From Amoebophrya sp. A120 (taxonomy: Eukaryota > Protista > Dinoflagellata), in assembly GCA_905178155.1 (NCBI GenBank), contig CAJINV010000016.1, positions 1,497,824-1,561,823 on the forward strand: 64,000 nt of DNA, in the 5' to 3' direction. A program made the translations under genes and the position numbers. Positions 38,401 to 50,400 of the stretch are shown one piece after another. Every line of letters begins with the position of its first letter. Positions within the stretch are counted from its first letter, which is position 1. The notes below the pieces were generated by a model that was not told the DNA's origin, did not search any database, and saw only the letters and a list, made by a program, of their open reading frames with translations.

Positions 38401-41400
38401 ATTGGAACGAAGCCGGAGCAAACAACAATTGCGGGTGCGGCGAGAACGTGATGCGCTGCCGGTGGAGTAAAGCGAGCTGGGGGCTAATGTTGTAGGACGT
38501 GGATTCTCCTGTTGGATTCAATTCCTGCCCGTTGTCCTGTTGATCGTGTTCCTGCCCGGTTGTGTAGTATCCACTTGTCGGGGAGTAGAAATCAGGGCCG
38601 ACCCCGTTGCTCTCCCTCCGGGGTTTGAACCCGCCGCGGATCAAGTCAACGTTGTACCCGTTTTTCTCCGCCTCCAACTCCTGTGCGGACTTCGGTTTGT
38701 CCCGGTGCTTGTAGTGCTCGGGCTCGGGGCCGTTGTGGTACTGCATCGTGTACAGGCCCGCGTGCTGCTTTTTTTCGTGTTGCTTTTTTTCGAGAAACAC
38801 AGAACTAGCAATTGTTGCCCCAGTGCCGATCCCATCCGGCGACTCGTACAGGATTTTGCCGTGGGACGGAACAATCGCGTCGACAAAGGCAGAAGTAGAG
38901 TACTGCTGATGTTTTTTGCCGTTCAATTTGCTCTCCACCATGGTCTCGTTGTCAACGAACTTCTGGTTTTTGTCGTCCACAGCTCGCGCTGGTGCCGCTT
39001 GATTTTCAACACCGGTACTCATCTTCATCACTCGCTGCTTTTGCAAAGCCGCTGCGATAGTTTTAGTTGGTGATCTGGTGTTTTCATTCACGAACTTCTG
39101 CGTTGTTTTTCTCGGACGATGACCACGCGGATGGCGCTCGTGGAAGAAAAGATCCTTTTCTTGCAAAGCGCGTGCTCCACCTTCAGCTGAATTGTGGTAA
39201 AACAAATCGCCTGGAGAAGTCGCTTCGGGTGCGTTGGAATCTCCTTTGTCAAAAGTAGAATCCTTGACACCCTCGCTTTCCTGCATAAAAGAAGATCTTC
39301 GCGGTGGAACTGCTACTGCTCCCGGCGGCGGCATCACAGCCGGCACGTCCTGCTTTAACCGCCCACCCGCCTCCATCTCCTGCAACTCGGTTGGCTTGTT
39401 ACTCCCTTCCACATATTGCTCCTTTTCCGGCCTCGCGAACTTCGGCGGCCGCAGCAGGTACTCGTGCTCGCCCCACACATCCACCGGGATCTCCTCCCGC
39501 TTGCCCTGCTGAATGCGCCGCAGAATCTCCTGATGCTATCCAGAAAAAAACACCCATCCTGCCCATCCATTTTTGGCATGACAAACACTGGACCTGGAGC
39601 TTTTTCATGTTTTGCATGACAAATTGGATGGGGCAGGATCTTTTTTTGTGGATAAATGCCGGTCGTTTTCCATAGTCTCCACCCGGGACCGCATGTGATC
39701 CCCGCCCAGCTTCGTCGGCAAATCCTCGTACAGATAGGTTTCGTTCGCGAAGTTGTCCTATCAAATGCAAACATGTCTGGGTCTGGAAGATTCTAAACTT
39801 GTCTTGCAGAATTGCCATGCCCCATGAGGTCTGGAATGCAGGACCTAGCGTGACAGATTCTGCGAGGTCTCTATCATGCCTGTCCTGCGTGAGAAACTTC
39901 CTCTCATGGTTCTCAGAAAAGGGCAACTTTTGGTGATCGCGCAAGACTGATTTTTGTGTGATCCACCGAACGCATCACAAGTCTCATCCTTCCAGACCCA
40001 GACATTTTTGCATTTGATATGTCCTTCCAATCCTGTTCCTGCACGTACCGCGCCTGGCGCTCCTCGCGCTGTTGCTTCTCCGCCGGGGTCTCGTTGTCGA
40101 TTTCCCAGTAGTACTCGTCGTTATTTTCTTCCTCCCGCTGCTCCTCCTCTGATTTCGGTGCGGCGGGAAACATCGGGGGCTGATGCGGTTGGTAGTACTC
40201 GTCGAAATACGCTTCATCCACATACGGCCCCTGTTTGTCCGCCTCTTTCTGCTCACTTTCTTTGATGACCAGCGTCAAACTGTTCCACTTCGGTAGCATT
40301 TCGTTACTCAGATCGCGCCCCGCGTCCGCGATCACGAAACAGCCGTGGTTGTGCACGTAACTGGTCACGCTGCCCGCCTCCCTGGCTTGGGAAATCGTTT
40401 GGGTGAACACGCCCATCTCCGCGTACATCTGCGCCTCCCGCGCGAAGGGGTTCGGGTCCCCGGTGAGAATGAAGGTTTTCAGCCGCAGCTGGTCCGCGGT
40501 TTGCCGGTTTTCGGTTTTCCCTAACGTGTCGTCGTTCGCGTGAAACTGGGCCCGGAACCGGTCCGAAAAGTGCCGGAGGCGAAAGAGTTCGCGGATGTCC
40601 AGGTAATGCTCCCCGTAGATCTTCAGCCGGATGGTCTGCCGCACTTCATCCAAATCCTCGTCGACGATCCTGTGCTCCTCCATGAATTTTTCCTCCAAAT
40701 CCTGCCGGAGATACAATTTGTTCTGCATCACCAGCAACTTTTCCAACATGGCCGCCGCGTACAGCAAGCCAATGTCGAAGGATTCCAGCGCCTGCCGCGG
40801 GCTAAGTGGTCCAATCTCCTGGTCCAGATGGTTCCCGTTCCCGAACGCCTCGCCATTAGCCCGTCGCTTGGCCTGCTCCACCATGGCGCCCGCGAGCATC
40901 TGGCCCGCGCGCAGGTACTCGCGGACGGTGCGCTGGCAGTTGTCTTTCGCTTTCTATGGGAGTGTCAGGATTGAAATCGCCAAAGGTGAAAAAGTTTGTC
41001 ATGCATAAAATGCATCCCACAAAGTGCCTGTCTTGCAGAGTAGGCAAGTAGGGCAGATTGTTAGCCTGTGCCTGTTGAGGGGTAAAAATAAAGATGCTAA
41101 AGTAGCATGACAAAGGGCGTCGCCCTTGCCCAAACAGCATGACAGACTGGATTTGGGTTCTTCCCAAATTTGTCATGCGCCGCTTGAAAACTGGCCGCCA
41201 ACTGGTATCCGTTTTATGCGCCGCAAATTCTTTCAACTTTGTTGATTTCAATCCTGACACATCCATACTTTCTCTTCAAACGTCACCTTCGAACCGAACA
41301 AGCTGTCCTGGAAAATGCCGGACGTGCCGGTGCGCTTGTTGCCCGCAAACTCCTCGAAGGGATCCAGACAGACGTGCGTCACAATCCGCATCTCCTCGTT

Positions 41401-44400
41401 TTTCTCGTTCGATTTGGGGTCCCACTCCCCGATCAGCATGTCCTTTTCCTTCTGGAGAAAAGACGTACGAGAGTCGTGGTGAAGATTTTGCTCACCCACT
41501 CCGTGTGCTCCACCGGCACCAGCATTGCTATGGTAATCGACTTCCGGTTGATGTTCATCATGACCAGCATCTGCAGCACCACCCTGCAAAACCTGCTGTA
41601 CCATCGGTACGGCTCTCTGTCCAACTCCCTGCGCACCCCGAGCTGCGGCTCCTGGTGCCATACCCGCGAGCGCCGCCGCCATGCCCGCGCCTGCCTTTGC
41701 AAAGGTTCCCATTGTTTCCAGGTTGTGCAGTTGTCGCTGAGGAGGTGCTCCTGCTGATGTTCCACGTGGAGTGGATGATGGGGCTCCTGCTGTTGAGGAC
41801 GGGATCTGACGATGTGCATCTCCTCCGTGCTGATGGTGATGAGCCGGTCGGCGCTCTTGCTGGTCTCCTTCCGAATGCGCGGCAGCTGCCTGCGCTGGAA
41901 AGGACGACCCTGCTTGAGATGAGTGCTGTTCGGGCCAGTCGTAGTACTGCGAGCTTGCTGGGTCCGGTTTGAGATCGTCCTGTCTGCCGCCCTGGTATTC
42001 TTGTTGTTCTTCATGCTCCTGGTGCTGCTGTAACTGTTCTTCCATAGGTTGCAACTCATCATGCGCTGCAGGAAAGTGCTGTTGAAGAATGTGCTGCCCC
42101 ACGGCTGCGGCTTGTTGTCGCGCAGCGTCGGCGCCGTGAGCTGCGGCTCCTAGTGCCATACCCGCGAGCGGCTGCACCATACCTGCGCTTGCCTTTGCAA
42201 TCGTTGCCGCTGCTCCTAGGCTCTGCGAAAGGCTTCGTCGAGGGCGAGGCGCTGCACGAGGCGGAGTTGCTGAAGCGAGGTGAGTATCATGTGAACCTAC
42301 ATGAGCCGGTCGCTCTTGGTCTCTCTCAGGAGATTGCGGCGCGCCAGTTGTCCCTGGTAGTTGCTCGAGCCAGGCGGAGTACTGCGAGCCCCCTGGGGGG
42401 CCCACCGGCTGGTCCTGTGCGCCGCCCGGCTCTTGTTGAACTGCTGGAGACAACTCTGCTGTCTCTTCGGTCGCATTAATAGAAGCTTGATGCTGTTCTA
42501 GCTGCGCCTGGTGATCCAGTTCTTCCTGCGCATGCAACTGCTGCTGCACTCGTTCTGCTTCGTCTGCTTCAACACCCTGCAAACTTCGCACAAGCGGTTC
42601 CATTTTGCTCCGCGCCGCCTCTGTACCGACCGCAGCCACTCTCGGCGCCATGGACGCGATTTGCGGCAGCATACCCATACCTGCGCCCGCCATAGTCAGC
42701 ATCTTGTTTTCAGGATTATTCTCGATAAACGAAGCATGATCTACTTGTCCTTCCGATTGCGCGGGTGCCTGCACTGGCACGGCAGGTTGATCTTGTTGAA
42801 CTGCTGGAGACAACTCTGCTGCCCCTTCGGTCGCATTAGAGACAGCTTGATGCTGTTCGAGCTGCGCCTGGTGGTCCAACTCTTCCTGCGCATGCAACTG
42901 CTGCTGCACTCGGTATGCTTCGTTTTCTTCAACATTCTGCAAACTTCTCACAAGGGGTTCCATTCTGCTCCGCGCCTGCTCCTTACCAACCGCAGCCACT
43001 GCCGGTGCCATGGGTGCGAGTTGCCGCACCATACCGACGCCTGCGTTCGCCAGGGTTAGCATTTTTTGCGGATCATGCCGATGCGCTGTTGCAAGAGCCT
43101 CCTCTTCCTTTTCGAGGAAAGAAGTAGGAGCCTGCGGCTGTCCGGGCTGCGGCGCTGTTCCAGGCTGTTGCGCGAGGGAGGCAGCTCCTGTCGCCGACGC
43201 GAGCTGCCTCGCTCGCGCAAGTACTTGTCCTTGGCCTTGCGAATTCCCCGGCGCCGCACCAGTCGGCGGAGGCGAAGGTTGAGCAAAAGGTTGCTCTGCC
43301 AGCTGCTGTGCACCAGACACGAAACCCTGAAGCGGTTGCACAAGCTGCTGCGCTGCATAATTCCAATTCGCAGGGGCGGCCATTATCCCCGTGTTGCCAG
43401 CTGCAGCACTTCCTGGTGCAGCTTGTTCCCCTGCTGGTTGTAAGAGTTGCGTCGGGATCATGTTGTTGACCACACCAGCTGCACTCGGCAGCTGTTGCAC
43501 CGGAATCCCGAGTGCTTGCATTGCTCTTTGGGCCCGCGGCGCCATCCCCGTGAGCGCGGTCGCCATGCCTCCAACCGCCTGCGCCACAGGCTGCGCGTTT
43601 TGCACGTAAGCAGCAGCGGCTTTGCCGAGAGCAGCGGGAAGTGCACCAAACAGTGGAGCGGTCGGAAGTGGCTGTGGTGCAACTACGCCGGGAGCGGCAG
43701 GGTAATATCCACCACCCGGAGCAGGAGCAACAGGACCAACATAAGGGCCAGGTCCTCCCGCGGCAGGAAAAGCTGCAGCTGCTCCAGCCGGCACGCCGGC
43801 GGCCACCCCGGGCTGCATCATCATGTTGTTCGCAGCAGCGCCCTGTTGAGCGTGAGCCTGCGGTTGACCAGCACCGCGACCATTGTTATTCTCTGCTGCG
43901 TCGACCTGTCTCTGGGCTTCCGCTAGTTCCTCCGTGGTGACATTCTGCAGCGCGCCATACACCGCCGGGTTTTCGTGCATGTTATGCAACACAAATTTAC
44001 CGCACAAACAAAAAGTTCATCACAGAAACGTGACACTTCTGACCCTGAGCTGACCTATGAAAGGACTTGTCATGCTCTGAATGACGTTGTGCGAGAGAAG
44101 TTGTCGTGTCATGCAGCAGAGCTACAGCTAGCATTTGTCGTGTACGGTAAAAACGCTCCTCTGGATACACGGGGCGAGGTTCGTAGAATCTCCGGTGCAG
44201 CTCCTCCTGATTCTCCACAACTTCCAAGAAGGAAGAGGACCCGCCACTACTTCCACCACCAAACCAGTTCCCGAGCCGGTTACTCAGCCCTTGCCGAATG
44301 CTCCCGAACCAACTATTGTCCGCCGGAGCCGGAGCGGGTGCCGGAACCGGCTCCACGGGGACCGGCGGCGCAACCGCGGCTGCTGCCGTTGGAGGAGGAC

Positions 44401-47400
44401 CTCCAGTCGGTGCAGCTGGAGCTCCTGGAACGGCGCCCGAGGACGTGGCCGCGACGGGAACAGCTGCCGCAGGTTGTTGGGGCGGAAGGCCCTGTGGCTC
44501 TACTTGCGGTGGCAGAGGACCTTGCGGCAGCTGTTGTGCCGGGGGAACCGGGGAGGATGAACTAGTACCTTGTGACAATTGTGATGGTTCTTCCGACGAC
44601 GGCGGGTTGTTGTTGACTCCAGGAACGTTCGCGGTCCTGAGAACATCTGTCGTGTCTGTAACGACAGGGCTAGTATTGCTCCCTGTGCTCACTGCGTTTG
44701 TCCCCGAAGAAGGATTTGTTCCTGTTCCCGCACCTCCTGCAGCCAAAGCTGGTTGCGGTTGCGCAGCCGCGGTCTGGGGGGCGGGTGGTCCTTCCGGCTG
44801 GTCGTGGTCATGGAGGTGCCGGCTCTTGTGGTGCAGGTGGACACCGTGGTGCTGGTCCTCGGCAGCCGCAGATGAAGGAGTTTGCGCTGTTGTGTCTGGA
44901 TTCGCCAGCACATCGGTGGGATTCGTCGTGATCGGCTGGTACGCCGCCGGAGAGGACGGCTGCTGCTGGGAAGATGAAGTGGTTGCAGCTATTCCTGTTC
45001 CTGCAGTTCCATCTTGTGGCGGTGGACGAGGCACAGATGCACCAGAGGTTGTAGGCGAAGATCCCGAAGTAGATCCCGCACCGCCTCCACTCGGCGCAAG
45101 CGCCTCGGCCGCCGGCTGCTGCTCCTGTGTGTGGACCTTTTTGCCGTTGTTATCGAGGAAAAAACACCCATCCCCATCCAATTTGTCATGCAGAGCATGC
45201 ATAAAATCCACTATCTGTCATGCAAAAAATGGATGGGGATGGGTGTTTTTTCCTGGATAGTTGTCTGTTCTGTCGTAGTCGATTTTCTCGCCGTGCTCGT
45301 CTATCAAGTGCAAAAGTGTCTCGGTCTGGAAACTTGTAATGCTAAAAATGAATGATAGACGCACTGCAGTACGCAGCTCCTATGCATGACAAATTTTTTG
45401 GCTGCCATGTCTTACGTATTCCGCATGGCAAACAGCGTTTTTGCATGATAGGCAAGAGCGTCTTTTCGTGCCTATGCAACACAGATTCTCGAATCATGCC
45501 AGACAAGCATGACAAACTTGCATTTTTCCAGACCCAAACATTTTTACATTTGATATCGTCCACATCGGAATCGGTCTCAGAATCTGTCCCTGCGGTATCG
45601 TCTGAGTCCTCGTCGTTAGCGTTGTGATGCTTGTGGTGCTCATGGGGGTTATGTTGGTGCTTGTCATGCTCATGTTGCTCACGAACGTGACTCAACGTCG
45701 CTGTGTCAAGATGATCCCCACTTGGTTCGGCATTTTTCCTGGCAATGCCATCGGCGCGATGGTGGTTATGACGGTTGTGGTGGTGCTGGTGTGCCCCAGT
45801 TGCTGCTCCTGCAGTTTCTTCTGGTTTTTCTGCGGCGCCGAGCTGCTTTGCTGCGGCCGCTTTTTCGGCTGGCGTTGACGGTGGCGGAACTGCGGCGGCG
45901 GCCGGTTCCGTTGCAGTACCACCGGCAGGAGGTGTTCCTGTTGAAGAACCTCCAGTTGCACCTGGTGTTGGGCTACTTTGACCTCCCCCCGCTCCTCCGG
46001 CAACAAGAGCAGGACCACCATCACGACTGGCAGCAGAGCCGTCATTTGATGTTTTAGACGTCGCGCGCCACACGGATGTTGGAGCTGCAGGTGGAGCACT
46101 TTCTGGCCCAACTCGACTAGTGGATTCTGGTGAGGCCGCAACATTCGCATTTTTCGCTGCCAAAACCACATCCTCCTTCGCGTTCTCCACCCTTTCGTCT
46201 TGCATTTTCACCTCGTTCGACCGTTTCGCCGCTTCCTTCTGCTTGTTCCGCGCACCCGCGGAACCGTACACACTCCGTTCCTGAAAAAACTCGTCAAAGG
46301 TCTCCGCGTTGCTCGCCGCGTGCTTCGGCGGCGGCATCCCCCTCTCCCGCGCCGCGAATTCCAACAGGTGCGCGGCCGAGGTGACCACGTCTAACTTCAG
46401 GTAGATGCGCTCCAACAGCCTCGCGGCGTCGAAGACCTTGCGCTTCTCGTCAATTTCCGCACTATGCATTGCAAAAGTATCGCACTAGTTCTAGTATGAA
46501 TTGCATGACAAATTGACTTAGCATTACAAATTAAATTTGTAGTGCTGATTTACCTTGAAAAAGAAATTTGTGATGCATAAATGCAATTACTACGAGTACG
46601 ATACTTTTGCACAGGATACGCACACGCGATCAGCAACGACCGTTCCGCGGTCACAATCGCCGCTTCGGCGACGTTATCAAATGTAAAAATGTCTGGGTCT
46701 GGAAGATTGCAACTTGTTGGTTGGTTGGATAGCGCCTGTCGCCGGTGCAGGTCCCGCCCTCCATCGATTGCGATCCGGAGTAGCCGGAACACAAGGCCCT
46801 AGTGGCACAATCGATCGACGAAGCCCTTTATAACCAGGTCACGGACATCCGGCTGCCGTGGAGTCATTCGCGGGCCAGGCAACGTCTAGGAGCTACGGAT
46901 TAGGGATCTTGATGGGCGAGACAGGTCACAGTCATCCGCCTGCCCATCGAAGACGAGCCAGGTCACAGTCATCCAGCTGCGTTCACAGTACGAGCCAGGT
47001 CACAGTCATCCGGCTGACTGCATAAGAACGTCCCCGGCGGCAATCATCGAAGTGAACCCATGGGAGGAGCCGGGAAATGCCAAAGACAGGAACCCCCTGA
47101 CACATGCCAACTGAACCCAATAACCACATTTGACGACGTGGAGAAAGGGTAGACCCCGACTGGCATACAAGAAAGCCAGAATGCACCGCTGCGTGGTATT
47201 TTCCCGGGCAAATTTATTTATACTGAACCCCGGGCACGCCACCCGGAGACGGACGAAGTCCAGTTTTTACAAAGCTCCCGCATAGCGGCTATCTAAATGG
47301 GGCGGGGTCAGTCGTCCACCGAATGGCTCGCGCGAAACGGTGACCAGTGGACCCCATGCAAAAGCCTCTTGGACTTGCCCCTCTTTCTTTGCGCTAAGAC

Positions 47401-50400
47401 CCCTTTAAGCTAGTATCTAGTTAGTGCACTGCTACTGCTGCCGCCTGCTACTACTGCCGGGCTGTGGCCCCCCGGCTTGCCGAAGACGAATGGCATGGGG
47501 CCCCCGGCGGTTTGTTCTTTTTGGCTTTTGCTAGTTTTTGCTTCTGGGCCGGGTCCCGTCGGCTTTCGTTCCGCGGGCACTGCCGCGGCGCTGCTCGCTC
47601 ATGCTGCTCGCTCATGCTGCTCACTCCTCCGCTCTCTCAACTGCTCTCTCTGCGCCATTCTTTCTTCTAAACGTGCTCATGCATTCTACATAACAGTCTA
47701 TCAGGGTTTGTAAGGAAACTAGAAAGGAAGTGATGATGATCTACACAGACTACAGCTACATCTACAGCCCCATATGCAATTTTTCCCCGCCCGCGAGTAC
47801 GATTCCTGTATCTTTCTGTGAAGCCCCACGACCGAATGAGAGCAAATGACAGACCGACACCAATTCCAAACCCCCACGCCGCGCATGCAAAAATAGGGCG
47901 AATATACTTGAAGGGCTCAATACGTTCCCGCAAGGATATGCGCCGCGGCGTCACAAATTTCCTGCAGAAGATCTGCAGGGCTCATGACCTCGAGAATAGC
48001 AAACCGATTTTCACCTTGTCATGCTAAATCTGCAGCATGCAAAAATCTGTGTTGCATGATTACCAAAAGTCGTCCAGTTTTGACGAAGCCAGGAGGTAGT
48101 TTGTCATGCAGGATAGGCATTAGAAAGGTCTCGCAGAATCTGTCATGCTAGGTCCTGCATTCCAGACCTCGCGGGCCATGGAAAAGCAGCACGGCAAATC
48201 GCGCACTCTTCCAGACCCAGACATTTTTGCACTTGATACACGTACTGGAGAAAGGTCTTCCCGCAGCGCAAAACCCTATACCCCGCACTGCGCCAGGTCA
48301 TCAAGTTCAGCTTTTCGCGCCGCAGGTCGTTGGACAGTTTTTGCTTTTCATGCACAGGGTTTCCATTACTGTCCACCCCGGTCTTCATGTTGATCTCCTG
48401 CGCATGCAGCGCTTCCGAGATCAAATCCTCATCAGCCTCATCCGGAAATAAGCCAAACGTCGCGGAAACGGAGGAGTCTGGCTTGGCCGCCACCACCCGG
48501 AGTTTCTCCCCGGAAGCGGAGGGTAAAGCTGAATGCGGTTCGAATTTCAAGCTTCTCCGCGGTAAAAACGTGTACTGGTCCACGGTGTGCTGGTGGGAGA
48601 ACGTGGTGGAACCTAAGCCGAAATTCGGCGACTCTGGCAGGTGGAAGGGCGTTTCCGGGTGATTCGAGTTGCCCATAAACTTCGACAAATCGTACCCGCC
48701 CGCGTTCGCGGGTGTCATCCCCGGCATCAAACTGTTTTGAAGATTATCCTGCGCAAAAGTACCGCACTCGTACAACTAATTGCACCAGTCATGCATGACA
48801 AATCTTGTTTCTTTAGCGAAATCAGCATTACAAATTCCATTTTTCCTTCTGAAAAAATTTGTATTGCGATTTATTTTTATACTAGTACGATACTTTTGCA
48901 ATGCATAAAGATTCTGTTGTTGCAACGCCAGCAAGCCCGATGAACTACTGCCGCCACTGATCGACGTGTCCCAGACGATCGGGCCGAAAATGATGTCCTC
49001 GATCTGGTTCGCTCGCTCCGCCAGATCGACATGCTTCGGCAAATACGTGAACTTCTGGAAATCCGCCGTGTTGTCCCCGGTATTCGTCTTGTCGGGGCCT
49101 TTATCAAATGTAAAAATGTCTGGGTCTGGAAGGTTCTGAGACTTGTCATGCACATTTTGCATGAGCCATGATGTCTGTGATGCATGCCCTAGCATCACAG
49201 ATTTTTTGAGGGCTTCTTGATGCCTATTCCGCATGACAAATGCCCTCCCCGCGTAGCAGGCATTACGCTCCCTTTGCTGCCCATGCAATACAGATTTTTT
49301 TGTAATTCAAATTCAGCATCACAAGTTGAATTCTTCCAGACCCAGACATTTTTGCATTTGATAGCCTTCCAGATCGTTGTCCCAGTACCGCGCATGGTCG
49401 GGGTCCTCCAGATTCCACAAGTGTCCCGTCAAAGAACTGTCGCTCCACGCGATCCATCCCGCTTCGGCAATATGCATTGCAAATATGTCTGCGTCTGGAA
49501 GGATGCGAACTTGTGATGCGCATTTCGCAACACAAACAAATCTCTCATGCAGAGGCAGCAAAAGATGCCCATTTCCTGTCACCAAAGTGGGGGATTTTTC
49601 ATGCGGATTAGGCAATGCGAAAGATTCTCGAAATCTGTCATGCTAAGGCTTCCATGCCAGACCTTCTGTGTCATGCAAAAACAGCATGACCTTTTCCAGA
49701 CCCAGACATATTTGCATTTGATAAGCCAGCTGTCGGTGCAAATCCTCGTAGTCGACGAAGAGAAACAGGCGGTCCCGGGGCATTTTCTTCGGCTTCAGCA
49801 TCTTGTTCAGTTGCGTGGACCGAAGCTGCTGCTCCACGTTGATTTTCAAATTTTCACTGTCATAGTTCCGGTTCGAGTAAGCCTGGTCATAAAACTGCTG
49901 CTGGGTGGCCTGCGGTGGTTGTTGCTGACCATTTTCCGCGAAGGAAGAAGATCCTCCACTTGTAGTTCCCGCTCCTTTCTTCCCCGATCCTTTGGAGCTC
50001 GTTTTTTGATTTTCTCGCCCACTCACCACGTCCATTTCAAAGTCCCCGTACGGGTTCCAAATTTCGTCCCAGATCGCGCCGTTCGTGTCCGGACGCTCTC
50101 TTAAAATTGATATGGCGTTCTCAACTGTTACATTCTCAAGTGTTACATGGATTTGTCATGCAAGAATGGGAAAAGTGAAAGGGGGGAGGTTGCATCTGTA
50201 GCACTACAAATTCCGAACAGATTTGGGTGCTGTTTAGCCATTCGCAAATTTGTCATGCGAAGCCGCTTGATCGTGTGGATCTTGATGATCATTTTGCACG
50301 ACAAATCATGTAAACAGTTGAGAATGTAACGTTTGAGAACGCCATAATTGATCTGAAAACCGTTTCGTCGTCCACATCCACGACGTACTCGTGGTTCAAC

